Notes under the pieces: model-generated | The model's input: the letters and a program-made list of their open reading frames with translations, nothing else | Told to the model about the DNA's origin: nothing | The model's database searches: none | DNA from: Rhizophagus irregularis | Taxonomy: Eukaryota | Direction: 5' to 3' | DNA: 64,000 nucleotides | NCBI RefSeq assembly: GCF_026210795.1 | Contig: NC_089433.1 | Location: 2,480,001-2,544,000, forward strand | Part shown: positions 51,144 to 63,277 of the stretch, in pieces | How the letters are laid out: the number at the start of each line of letters is the position of its first letter | Position numbering within the stretch: the first letter of the stretch is position 1 | Translations under genes and position numbers: made by a program

Positions 51144-52049
51144 ACAATTAACTATTTTTGTCTTAAATGAGTAGTAATAACAGCTAGTAAGGGTTACGTG
51201 GTTGAACACCCAACAAAGTTGTGGTTACATGAGAGTTATTAAAGGGATGTGTGATGATAAATTGACACAATTTTTGAGAAGAGAGTGTTTAGAAATTTTC
51301 TTTTTTTTAAAAAAAAAAAAATTTTTTTATTATTAATAATATATTTAAAATATATAGACAATAATTAATAAAGAATATTTGTAAATTAGTATAAAAGCTT
51401 GCAAAGTCATTATTGTATGAACTTAAATTTATTTTCTATTCGGTTTATATAAAGTTACGTTGTAATATTTAGTTATTATAACATAATTACACAAGCGAAA
51501 TTCTTTGTAATGGATCTTTTCTTCTGTATATCCTTCAATAATTCCTAACTCAAAAATATCAAATTGTTTTCCTTAAAATTTTTTGTTCTCTTCCATTCCT
51601 CCCATTCCTTTCACTAATCCTTATGATTTCATTCCTTCTATCAACTGTTCTTACGGTTATAAAACCAATATCCAAAATATATGTATACTAGCACGATAGA
51701 AACTATGTATCACTTAAATATTGGAAATTCTCTGTTACGACAGAAAACTGTGAAAAAATCTGTTCTAATTTATTGCTTAAAAAATTGACCCAAATTCTGG
51801 CGCAACAGATAAGTGGGTAAAAACCTGACTCATTCTCAAAAATATCATCTAAATATTAATACATATTCTCTATCCCGATGGAAAACTGTGTAAAAACCTG
51901 CTCAGATCTATCGCTTAACAAAAAAAAGTAGATATGAACATAATAATTTCCAGTGGAATTTCCAAAATCCTCATTCTTTTTCTAATTTTTTAGAACTAAT
52001 TCTTTTTTTTTTGCTACATCTTTTAGAGTTAACAATATTTGTAACAATA

Positions 52050-52965
52050 TCCACCAGATCGAACAGTAAATTCTTCCCAACCATCCGCCAATCTTCTTCA
52101 TAAAAAAAATGGAATTATAATTATACTTGCTCCAGTGTCGATTACCATTAATTCAGTGTTTGCCATTGTTACTACGTCACTAGGATTATCAACATTTCGA
52201 AGAATAATATGCGACTAAAATTTTGTAACACCATTCCCATTATTAGGCATTGACAGATATAAAGTTTCAAATTATACCCGTCAATAACCTTATTATCATA
52301 AATTAAATAAATCATACAAACCTGCCACTCTTTCCTTTCATTATCATTAACAGCTGAGAATCTGCATAACTCAACAATACGTTCAACAGTAGGTGCGTAG
52401 AAGCATCCTGGAAATTTTTTCTGTAATTCTTTGTGTTCTTCTGAAGATATCTTGTCTCCGTACCTAATTACTTTCCCATGAACGAGTAATACGTGTGTTC
52501 TTTTCGATTCATCAAGATCTCCGGATTCAAGTAGACGATACTCGATCGTATTTGTTGCAAGTTCCTTTCCGTTTGGCTTCCAAATGGGATCAACAATGTA
52601 ATCAAAGACTTCGCGATGCTCATAGGTGTTGAAGCCTAAACAAAAGGATATATTAGTAAAAATACAACCAAGCTAAATTAGACTTATTACGTACCGTAAC
52701 CCACTCGTCTTTATTTTCCGTAAATTCTTTGATTCCTAGTCTCTTTGCAAACTCTTCGTTCATTATTATCAAGGATTTAGTTTCAGAAGCTGTGTTTTGT
52801 TTCTCATCCTTGAGATCAGATGAGTCCTTCAACTCGCAAACTCTTTTTCGAGAGCGGGCTCTTTAGACGTATACAAGACATTAGAATACAGTAAAGAGTA
52901 CAAATAGCCAATATACGAAATTACGAACCAGAATCAGCATTAGTTTCAGATGGGCTGTTCGACAT
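52050..52965 (-). pseudogene. Truncated spliced gene with a retropepsin-like (clan AA) aspartyl protease motif
   Basis: ATG at 52965. Exon fragments ...HVLLVHGKVIRYG..FPGCFYAP..RFS.. and MVIDTGASIIIIP. The frame is lost after the DTGA motif. Lower boundary approximate. Confidence 0.5.
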
Positions 52966-53159
52966 TTTGACACCTTTAACACCTATAATGGGTTGGCCTG
53001 TGAAATGCAATACAATAAAGCCTACCTGAAGTTTTTCTCCTGGGAACTGGTATTTTAAGTGATAATCTGAAATGATTATCATCACGTGTCAAAAATAGGG
53101 GATGATATTAGCAGCTACCTTCGGAAAGGTGAATTTATTATTTTATTGTATTTGACCTA

Positions 53160-54190
53160 GATAAACCTGAGGATGGTCCTCTTGCAATTCGGCTAAGTTT
53201 TGACCCACCTGAAGGAGATAGAGGCAAAAATAAAGAAAAGATGGAAAAGAAAGAATTCGAAAAAGAATTAGCTATAGTAGATTGGGACGCAATAGGAGCA
53301 AAAGAAGCACAAGAAATAAGTAGACAAAAAAGATATAGAGAAAAAATATTTTAACTTTTAATATATCATCAAGATGGTCAGATCATATGGAAAATGGTAT
53401 AATGGTTCCATTTGTATGGAAAAAAGCAGGAGCAACTTTAAGTAAAGAAGCCGTAAAAGATGAGTTTAATCGAATAATGTTTAAAAAATATCCGTCATAT
53501 AAGGATTTTATGGAAGACTTTGATAAAAAAGTAAATGACTATTTTTCAGGATGGAAATTTAAGTCAGTAGAAAAAATGATAGAATTCAGAGATCTGAAAT
53601 ATGAAGAATTTGAAAAGGCTTTAATAAGGTATAGTAAGGGCCAAAGGGTAGATTTAGAAAAAGTATTAAATAAATTAAGGAAAGAAGCAGAAAAATATGT
53701 GGAAGAAGATCAGCAATTTTTTGATGAATGCGAAAATGATATAAATAATAATATATTAAAATTGATAGGTTATTAAAAGATCTTAGAAAGGGAAATGTAA
53801 AAATGATTGAAGGAAGAGTATATAAAAATATAGGAAAAAAGAACATTTTAAAAAGATTAGGAAAGGAAATAAAAATAAACTTTGATAAAAAAGAAGGAAA
53901 TTTTGAAATTTTGGAAATAGAGGATGAGGATGATATAAATAAAGAATTTGGAAATGAATGTAAAGAAGATTTTAATAATAACAAATATAATTTTGAAAAA
54001 TTTCTAGAAAAAAGGTATGGAGCAAAAATAAAGTTTATGGATAGAGAATATAAAAAAAAGGATTAGAAGACAATGTAGTAATAAAAGAAGAAAAAGAAAT
54101 ATCATTTGTATATGATAATAAAAATGATAAGTATGAAATAGTAGATATACAAGATAAGGAATTAGTAATAGATGAAATGAGCGAAAAAAC
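53160..54190 (+). pseudogene. Purine-rich, K/E-rich coding fragments of unknown origin
   Basis: ORFs 53387-53776 and 53803-54066 plus frameshifted upstream codons. Strong A/G strand bias. No recognisable domain. Confidence 0.4.
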
Positions 54191-54217
54191 GAGCAGGGCG
54201 CTTCAGCTTGTGAAGAC

Positions 54218-55160
54218 TTGATTAAAGAAATATCTACTAGTATCAGCTGTAACGCATCTATCCAGAATCAGCTGAGAGGTACTTCACATGACATCATATC
54301 TCAAGTGACTGAAATTTCGCTGATCTCAGATCAGGGAAAATCAGATATTCTACAAAATATAGCTAACTTATATGAAAAAGCTTGTGATGCAAAAGATGTA
54401 TTGATAAAAGTTAATCAGACAGAAATTTTATGCTGGAGTAATTTTATTATAGCATTTGATAAAAACATTGATGAAATTATGGCTAGAGATAGAATAGGCA
54501 TGAAAAAAGCCAAAGGACTAATTTATGATTTCATACTTGCGCAGAATCCTGACACTAAGCATTCCACTCTATATAAGAAAATTGAAAGAGCTAGAAAGAT
54601 TTACAGGTTAACTGAAAGAATAGGATTAGATAAGATCAAACATATCAAATCATACAGTGTGAACAGTATTTCAAAATTTACCAATGAAGAAATTCAAAGA
54701 ATCATAGATCACTTTACCAAAAATTCCAATATGAAATTCACTGATAATTCCAAGGATGTAAAACAAGATAATGAGGTCTTAGAGGAACCTGATCAGATTA
54801 ATGTATTAGAGGTCTTGTCTCCAAAGGAATCAATTGCACCTATCCCATTAGTCCATGTCTTTAACACTTCTAATAATTCCAAAGAAGAGGCGTGATTTGA
54901 TGAAGATATGTTTTTCAATGAAATGAATCCCACTAAAGTGAACACTGTCACTTCAAATGATGATGTGTATTTTGATGAGACGAATGAAGTTAATACCACA
55001 TGATAGTGATTCCAATTCATGTAATGATGACTCCGATTCTGATGATTCTGAAGAAGAGATGCCAGACGATTTAGGATATAATAGATACAGTGAATACAGT
55101 AGATATAATGAAGAAAATTCTCTCCAATGATGAATCCTATTATATCCCTGGTAACCGCCT
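54218..55160 (+). pseudogene. Fragment of a multicopy-type uncharacterised protein with an acidic tail
   Basis: ORF with KKIERARKIYRLTERIGLDKIKHIKSYSVNSISKFTNEEIQRIIDHF, a motif I associate with expanded Glomeromycotina families. Acidic codons continue past the TGA at 54893-54895. Confidence 0.5.
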
Positions 55161-55937
55161 AGGAGAATTTTGCATATTTGGTACTCGATTGTCCTATAAG
55201 TTATTACTACGTTTCTTTTTTTTGAATCACATGGGTGACTTAGATATTATACGCTGACAGGCTTTCTAAAATATATCATGTGCAGTAAGTACGTCATATC
55301 TACTTCATAGCAGTATATATTTTGCGTAGTAAGACATCATTAAATAAAGAATCTTCACAATTATTATATGACACAGCATGTATTGGCAAACTTTAGAAAA
55401 AAAACTAGAATAGATGAATATCGTTCAAAAAAATAATTGTGTATAATAAATAGTCTAAAGTCATGGAATGGCATTATATATTTAGGGCTAGTCCTGCATT
55501 ATATAATTTTTTTAACTTAATGTATTGCAAATAAAAGACGTTTAGGCCACAAAGTGACCTGAGCAATGTAGTCAAATATTTTTCTTGTAGCAATTCAATG
55601 TACATACAGTACTAATTTTTATTACTCGCATATTAATACAGGTAATTTAGGAAATCTGAATCGGCAAATTATTGGGCAATAAGATTGCCAGCGAAGATTT
55701 AGGGACTTTTATTCTCAAACTTTCTCACATATTCTCAAAATTATTATGTATATTATTGTAAAAGAACTCCTTGATGATCTTTACATATGGATAGCATTAA
55801 ATTCTTTTATTGTTATATTAAGAAGAGTCCGTTAATCAGATTTTCGTAATGCAATCATATTAACGTAATTTCTCTAAAAGCGTATAACAAAATCAATCCT
55901 GTGAATTATATAAAAAGGTGATGACCTGGTTATACAT

Positions 55938-56770
55938 TAAACATGGGGCCTGAAACCTCTGAGAGGATTTCTGAAAGTTTCGGGTTTTGGAATATACGAA
56001 TCGAAACCTCACCCAAAACCTCACTCAAAACCCTAAACAAGTTCCAAAACCCTAAATAAATCCCGAAACCTGAAACTAATTTCAGTTATCTCGAAACTAA
56101 TCCCAATATCCAGAAACTCGTTGATTGAATAATCACGTGGCAATTTAAATAATTAATAGATTGATATTCAATATATCGTGTTTGATAACTATCTTTACTT
56201 TTTACATTCAAGCCTTTGGCTGTCTCACATTAATTCACCTGATATAGTTTTTTTTTTAATTTTATTAATTTTCATTCTTCTTTTAATATAGATATCACTT
56301 CCCTAGTATGGTTTCTACCCCTTACTATGTTATGGACTAGCAGGCCATGCCTTCTCGTCTTGGGAATAACTGAAAAGGTGGGCGGCTTCTCAAGTGGGAG
56401 TTTCATACAATTATATATTTTAATTAGTATTCATATTTTATTATGTAATGTCTTAAATCTCTTGTATGACAGTCTATTTATAACATAAAAATAAAAAATA
56501 AAAATAAAAATGGTTGGACTTAATTGAGAAGTCTTTTTAATAAAATGTCAGATAGTAATTCAATATTGTTATAATTTTAGTTATTTTAATAAAAATTAAT
56601 TAAGTAAATTAATAGGTTTCGGTTATATTTCGGTATATAAAAGTTTCAGAAATTTCGGGTCAGTTTCAGGTTTCGAGTTTTGGGAAAAAAACATCCATCC
56701 TGAAACTAAGTTTCGGTATATACCGAAACCTAAAGGGTTTCAAAAGGTTTTGGTTTCAGGCCCATGTTTA
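55938..56770. mobile_element. Non-autonomous hAT-type element
   Basis: TIRs taaacatggg(g)cctgaaacc. Perfect 8-bp TSD ttatacat (55930-55937, 56771-56778). gaaacc/ggtttc subterminal repeats. Confidence 0.9.
56296..56510 (+). mobile_element. Possible short retroposon inside the hAT element
   Basis: GC-richer head of about 110 bp followed by a (taaaaa)n tail. No TSD found. Confidence 0.35.
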
Positions 56771-56903
56771 TTATACATGAAGTTGAAATTAAAGCCCAAA
56801 AGTAGAAATATTTCGACTTGGGAAGGTCAAAAGTCAAAATTAAAGTCGAAATGGTCAAAATTACATCATAGTCATGTGATTTTTATAATTATAATTTAAT
56901 ATA

Positions 56904-57261
56904 AAATTTTAAACGTGAATAACTCTGTCAATATTGATGCTACAGATATGAAATACATATCATTGGAATCCTCTCAATGAGCTGAATCCAACCGCGTAAA
57001 GATCATAAAATCGAATCACTGGATGCGGAGATCGTTAACTTTGAATTTTAAAATTATTGTTTACTATAAAAATTATAAGACTATTTAATACCAAATTTTA
57101 AACGTGAATAACTCCGTCAATATTAATGCTACAGATATGAAATACATATCATTGGAATCCTCTCGATGAGCTGAATCCAACCGCGTAAAGATCATAAAAA
57201 TCGAATCACCGGATGCGGAGATCGTTAACTTTGAATTTTAAAATTATTGTTTACTATAAAA
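56904..57261. repeat. Tandem duplication, 2 x about 168 bp (period 189), TE-subterminal-like
   Basis: The unit aaattttaaacgtgaataactc...tcattggaatcctctc(a/g)atgagctgaatcc...tactataaaa starts at 56904 and again at 57093. Confidence 0.9.
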
Positions 57262-57638
57262 CTCTAAAAAAACATAAAGAAAAATGGGCAGTATGTTTTA
57301 ATCAAAATATATTTATGGCAGAAATGTCAATTATATAACGTGCTAAAAGTATGAACTATCTCATGAAAGGATACATTAATGCTACTACTTCCATGTCAAC
57401 ATTTCTCAATGCATTTGAATCTGCATTAGACAACAGACAACAAACAAATGAATTTTCTCAATATAAAGAATGTACCTTAAATCTTATATATAAAATACCC
57501 AGCCTATTTGAAAACAAGCTGCTACTATTCTTACTATTTATGCTTTAAAAAAATTTCAAGAGCAATTATTACAATCTTCTTGCTATAAATGTAAAGAAAT
57601 TCCTCCTGATAGGTAAATAATTCTTTTTTTTTATTATA

Positions 57639-59244
57639 CAGTGGCCATCAAAAATAACGCACCACCCTAATTGCCAATCAAAAATCACGTGCATTATTTT
57701 TTATACTTGATAAAATAAATATAAATTTAACTAAATTAAGAAATATACTCGATAATCTTTTACATCATATCAAATTTGGCTTAATTTTATTGGTAAATTG
57801 TCACGAAGCTACATATTTTATCACTTTTTAGTGGTGCGTTACTTATGACGGTTTATGTCAAAACAAAATAATTATGTTTTTTCAAAGACTTACATAAATA
57901 CTCAAAGAAAGTTTTCATAATGTAAAGTGTTTATTAGTTATTTTAATACTTCTTTTTAATTTTTTTTTACTTCAAATATGTCAAACCGACTAACAATTGA
58001 ACAAAGGGCTCGAGCACTTCAATTATTAGACTTGAGGTTTAGTTTAAGAGAAGTAGCCGCAAAAATTGGTAAAAATGTTCACCATACAAGTATTTTACGA
58101 CTAAAAAAGAAGTATGAAGAGACTAAGAGTATCGAAAACAAACCAAAATCTGGATGTTCACGCAAGTTAACTGACTGTGATGAAAGAATTATAGTTCGAT
58201 GTATAATGACAGATGAGTGTTCCACAGCAGTAAACGTCCAAAAATCCCTAAAAGTTGTTGATAATATTGAAGTAAGTAAAAGCACAGTGCGCAGAGCATT
58301 AAATAGAAATGGATTATTTGCTCGGGTAAAACGTAAGAAGCCTCTATTGTCAAAAACTCACTGTGAAAAATGATTGAAATTTGCGCAAAAGTATAAGTCA
58401 TGGACGGTGAGTGACTGGAATAAAGTTGTGTGGTCTGACGAGTCCAAATTTCAGATTTTTGGATCAGACGGCCATGCTTATTGCTGGAAAAAACCTGAAG
58501 AAGCTCTTACAACTCGACATGTGAAGCCTACAGTTAAGTTTGGTGGGGAAAGTGTCTTTGTATGGAGATGCTTTACCTTTCTTGGAGTGGGATACTTATG
58601 TAAGATTGATGGTGGCCTTGATGCCGAATTATATCGAAGAATTCTTGATGAAGACTTCTTAGAAACATTAAAATATTGTGATTTAAACTGCTCAAATATA
58701 ATTTTTCAACAGAATAATGATCTAAAGCACACAGCAAAACGTACTTTGGAGTGGTTTGAGGTAAATAATATTCAGTTACTCAGTTGGCCATCTGAACACC
58801 TTTGGAATGATGTAGACCGTCGTCTCAGACAGTTAAATGTGGAAATTAGGGGTAACGATGCGCTATGGGAACATATTTCAAAAATATGGAATGAAACATC
58901 ATTAGAGGCATGTACAAAGTTAATAAATACAATGCCAGAGAGAATTAATGATGTTTTAAAAGCTGGAAGAGGGTATACAAGGTGGTAGTTTTGTTTTTAA
59001 AAAGGAATTTTATAATTTATTTTAACATATTTTTTGTTAAATATAAAAAAATAAATAAAATTCAATTTCCGTCAAAAGTAACGCACTGGCAATTTTTTAC
59101 AAATTGTTGTGTAATTTAAAATTCGTCCAATTAAAACACACTAAAATTTATTTGTTTATTGCATCACATGATGAACTAAATATAGAAACTTATTATGATT
59201 TTTGATTGGCAATTAAGGTGGTGCGTTATTTTTGATGGCCACTG
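57639..59244 (+). mobile_element. Full-length Tc1 transposon (1606 bp)
   Basis: 49-bp TIRs cagtggccatcaaaaataacgcaccacc(c/t)taattgccaatcaaaaatca with 1 mismatch. TA duplication. Inner taacgcac sites near 57835 and 59080. Confidence 0.96.
57978..58988 (+). pseudogene. Tc1 transposase, inactivated
   Basis: Paired-like HTHs and WSDESKF. In-frame TGA at 58371-58373. FQQNNDLKH where the family has QDNDPKH. WPS-EHLW lacks the usual SPDLNPI segment. Confidence 0.93.
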
Positions 59245-59321
59245 TATAAAAATTGGATCTTTTTTTATTTAACAATTATTTTATTATTATAGTGAATTTT
59301 TCATTCAATCTAATATGTAAG

Positions 59322-59942
59322 TAGAGTTCTGAATGGATCAGGTCAGGTCATGTTAATTGATAAACCTGACCTGAAATTTTTTTCAGGTCAGATTAGGTCA
59401 GGTCAGGTTATATCAGATTATTTGTTTGACCTGACCTGAACTGAAACCTGAAAATTTTTGGATTTTTATTAAAATATCAAAAAAAAATGGTGCAAAACAT
59501 TTTTTTTTTTGAAATATTGTGATTCACTTTTTTATATTAAAATCATATAAAAAGATGAATCGCAATATCGCAACTAACTTTTTTTTATATAAAATCAATA
59601 TAAAAAGTGAATTCTGATACCGCAATTCACTTTTTATATATATAATCAATATAAAAAAGTGAATTCTGATACTGTAATTCACTTTTTAAATATAAAATCA
59701 ATATAAAAAAGTGAATACTTATATCGCAACTCACTTTTATTATATAAATCAATATGAAAAGTGAATTATAATACCATAACTCACTTATATAAAATTATAG
59801 TTTCAGGTCAACAGGTCATTCAAGTTATATTTATATTACAACCTGAACTGATACTGAATTGCAATTGCTAAACCTGACCTGATAATAAATTCAGGTCAAC
59901 CTGTCAGGTTACCTGAATTTGGTCAACCTGTTTGGAACTCTA
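59322..59942. mobile_element. Non-autonomous hAT-type element, family H1
   Basis: Ends tagagttc / gaactcta. TSD tatgtaag (59314-59321; the right copy is split by the next insertion). cctga/tcagg subterminal repeats. Confidence 0.88.
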
Positions 59943-59949
59943 TATGTAA

Positions 59950-61749
59950 TAAGGATGGGTCCGCAAATGATTTTCAAATTCCGCAATATTGCGGATTTTG
60001 AAGTTGAATTGCGGTTAGTAGCCCGTAATTCTGCAATTCAGTTTTGGTGTTTTCTTACATACAAAAAACACCAGAACTAATAGGTTTTTTATACAAAAAT
60101 GCTGGACTTTTTTTAATGGCTACAATTATTTTATAATAAAAACCAGCTATTGGTAAAAGGAACTATTTTGTTTTTTTTCAAAAAGAATATTTTTTAATTT
60201 TTTTTAATAAAAACGCTGGAACTATGGGTTCTGGCGTTTTCTTTTAATTATTTTATATAAAAATGCCGGAACTATAGGTTCCGGCATTTTCTTTTAATTT
60301 ATTTATATAAAACGCTGGAACTATGGGTTCCGGCGTTTTCTTTTGATTTTTTTTATGTAAAAATGCCGGAACTATATAAAACGCCAGAATCTATAGTTCC
60401 GGCGTTTTCTTTTGATTTTTTTTATGTAAAAACGTTGGAACTATAGGTTCCGGCGTTTTCTTTTGATTTTTTTATAAAAACGCTGGAACTAAGGTTCCGG
60501 CGTTTTCTTAAATTTTTTTTAATAAAAACGCCGGAACTAAGCGTTCGGCATTTTCTTTTAATTATTTTATATAAAAACGCAGGAACCTATGAGTTCCGGC
60601 GTTTTCTTTGATTTTTTTATATGAAAAAACGCCGTAGAACAAGGTTCTTTGGCGCTTTTTAATTTATTTATATAAAAACGCCAGAACTATGGGTTCGCAT
60701 TTTCTTTTAATTTTTTATGTAAAAACGCCGGAACTATAGGTTCCGGCGCTTTTTGAATTTTTTTATGTAAAAACGCCGGAACTATAAGTTCCAGCGTTTC
60801 TTTGAATTTTTTTATAAAAACGCCGGAACTATAGGTTCCGGCATTTTCTTTTGAATTTTTTTTATGTAAAAACGCCGGAACTATAGGTTCCGGCGTTTTC
60901 TTTTGAATTTTTTTTATGTAAAAACGCCGGAACTATAGGTTCTGGCGTTTTCTTTTAATTTTTTTATGAAAAACGCCGGAACTAAGGTTCCGGCGTTTTC
61001 TTTTAGTTTTTTTTAATAAAAACGCCGGAACTAAGCGTTCCAGCATTTTCTTTTAATTTTTTTTTAATAAAAACGCCAAAACTAAGCGTTCCAGCGTTTT
61101 CTTTTGATTTTTTTTTAATAAAAATGCCGGAACATGGCGTTCCGGCGTTTTCTTTTAATTTTTTTAATAAAAAACGCCGGAACTAAGTTAAGTTCCGGCG
61201 TTTTCTTTTTTTAATTTTTTTTAATAAAAACGCCGGAACAGGCGTTCCGGCGTTTTCTTTTAATTTTATTATGTAAAAACGCCAGAACTATGAGTTCCAG
61301 CGTTTTCTTTAAATTTTTTTAATAAAAACGCCAGAACTATAGGTTCCGGCGTTTTCTTTAAATTTTTTTTAATTAAAACGCTGGAACTATAAGTTCTGGC
61401 GGTTTCTTTTAATTTTTTTTTATGTAAAAACGCCGGAACTATAGGTTCCGGCGGTTTCTTTTAAATTTTTTTTAATTAAAACGCCAGAACTATAGGTTCC
61501 AGCGTTTTTTTTAATTTTTTTTTATGTAAAATAATTTCTTTTATTATTAATAATAAATAGAAATATTTTTTTTTAGTAGTAATTATATTTTATTAAAAAA
61601 AAGAAAGTTTTTTTTGCGGAATATTTGCGGGATTGCGGATAATTGCGGATTTGCGGATTTGCGGATTTTTAGATTTAAAAATCCGCAATGTTCCGCAATA
61701 CCGTAAATCACAATTATTCCGCAATTACATATTTGCGGCACCATCCTTA
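59950..61749. mobile_element. Non-autonomous hAT-type element with an internal palindromic tandem array
   Basis: Ends taaggatgg..ccgcaaat / atttgcgg..ccatcctta. Perfect 8-bp TSD atatgtaa (59942-59949, 61750-61757). gcgga/ccgca subterminal repeats. Confidence 0.9.
60210..61510. repeat. Tandem array of about 26 hairpin units, period about 50 bp
   Basis: Consensus aaaacgccggaac-tatag-gttccggcgtttt, separated by similar T-rich linkers. Confidence 0.95.
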
Positions 61750-62351
61750 ATATGTAAGTATAAATTTTCATTAGAATTATTTATAATAAATGTTATTAAT
61801 TTTACTTTCTATTTAATAGATTTAATAGCATAAATCAAAGTCTTTAAATATTTCTTGTTACAAGATTTGGATCTTCAAGTAATAAAAGAGTAGTAGAATA
61901 CAGTTTGAATGATGAAATTTTTACTTGTACATGTGGATATATGGCTTTTTCTGAAATAATTTGCCGTCACATTCTTCGTGTTGCTACACAATTAAACATT
62001 GATTCATTTTCTAAAAAGATGTATCCTTCACGCTGGTATAAGAATCCTAATAAATCTGAAATGATACAAATTTACCAATCATTTTACAAACATAAACCTT
62101 TGCATGATTTGCAAGATCAATTAATAATAGAACAGCCCACAGCTAGAACAGGATTATAAATATAAACTTAATCGTACAATTTGGAAATTACAATGATTTG
62201 TTAATAATGACATAATAAAGATACCACAAAATATAAAGCCAAAAGGTGGCGTACATTCAAATAAAAGGAAAAAATCTGGTATAGAAATTAATTCTCAAAG
62301 AAAAAAATCAAAAAAACTAAAGGTAAAGATTTTAATACATATATTCTTTAT

Positions 62352-63277
62352 TAGAGCTCCGAACAGGTCAGCCAAATTCAGGTAACCTGACCTGACCTGA
62401 CCTGAAATTCAGGCCAGGTATGAAGATTGACCTGACCTGATATACTGTTGACCTGAAACTATTGATTCTACTATATAATAAAAGTGAGTTGCAGTATTGC
62501 GATTCACTTTTTTATAAAGATTCTATATAAAAAAAGTGAGTTGCGGTATTGCGATTCACTTTTTTATATAGATTCTATATAAAAAAAGTGAGTTGCGGTA
62601 TTGCGATTCACTTTTTTATATTGATTTTATATAATAAAAGTGAGTTGCGATATTGCGATTCACTTTTTATATAGATTCTATATAAAAAAAGTGAGTTGTG
62701 GTATTGTGATTCACTTTTTTATATTGATTTTATATAATAAAAGTGAGTTGCGATATTGCGATTCACTTTTTTATATAGATTCTATATAAAAAAAGTGAGT
62801 TGCGGTATTGCGATTCACTTTTTTATATTGATTTTATATAATAAAAGTGAGTTGCGGTATTGCGATTCACTTTTTTATATTAATTCTATATAAAAAAAGT
62901 GAATTGCAGTATTGGGATTCGCTTTTTTATATGATTTTAATATAAAAATGTTGAATCGCAATATTTCGAGAAAAAATGTTGCGAAAACGTTTTTTTCATA
63001 ATATTATATTAAAAAAATGTTTCGTAACGTTTTTTTTTGATATTTCAATAATAACGTTGCAAAAACGTTTTTTTTCATAATATTTTATTAAAAAAAAAAA
63101 GTTTTGTACCGTTTTTTTTCAATACTTTAATAAAAATAGTCCTGAAATTTTTCAGGTTTCAGGTCAGGTCAGGTCAAACAGACAACCTGATATAACCTGA
63201 CCTGACCTGACCTAAAAAAAAATTTCAGGTCAGGTTTATCAATTAACCTGACCTGACCTGATCCATTCAGAACTCTA
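62352..63277. mobile_element. Non-autonomous hAT-type element, family H1, inverted relative to 59322-59942
   Basis: Ends tagagctc / gaactcta. Perfect 8-bp TSD ttctttat (62344-62351, 63278-63285). About 9 internal units of about 53 bp (aaaagtgagttgcggtattgcgattcactttt). Confidence 0.92.

Noticed and set aside
56340..56400. HDV-like ribozyme in the GC-rich patch
   Set aside because: ccttctcgtc resembles the loop motif, but I could not build the P1, P2 and P3 pairings. An Infernal search would settle it.
60210..61510. CRISPR array
   Set aside because: Linkers are short, T-rich and similar to each other rather than unique spacers. There are no cas genes, the context is eukaryotic, and the array lies within TIRs and an 8-bp TSD.
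62475..62960. Second CRISPR-like array
   Set aside because: Whole-unit tandem repeat inside a hAT-type element; no spacers.
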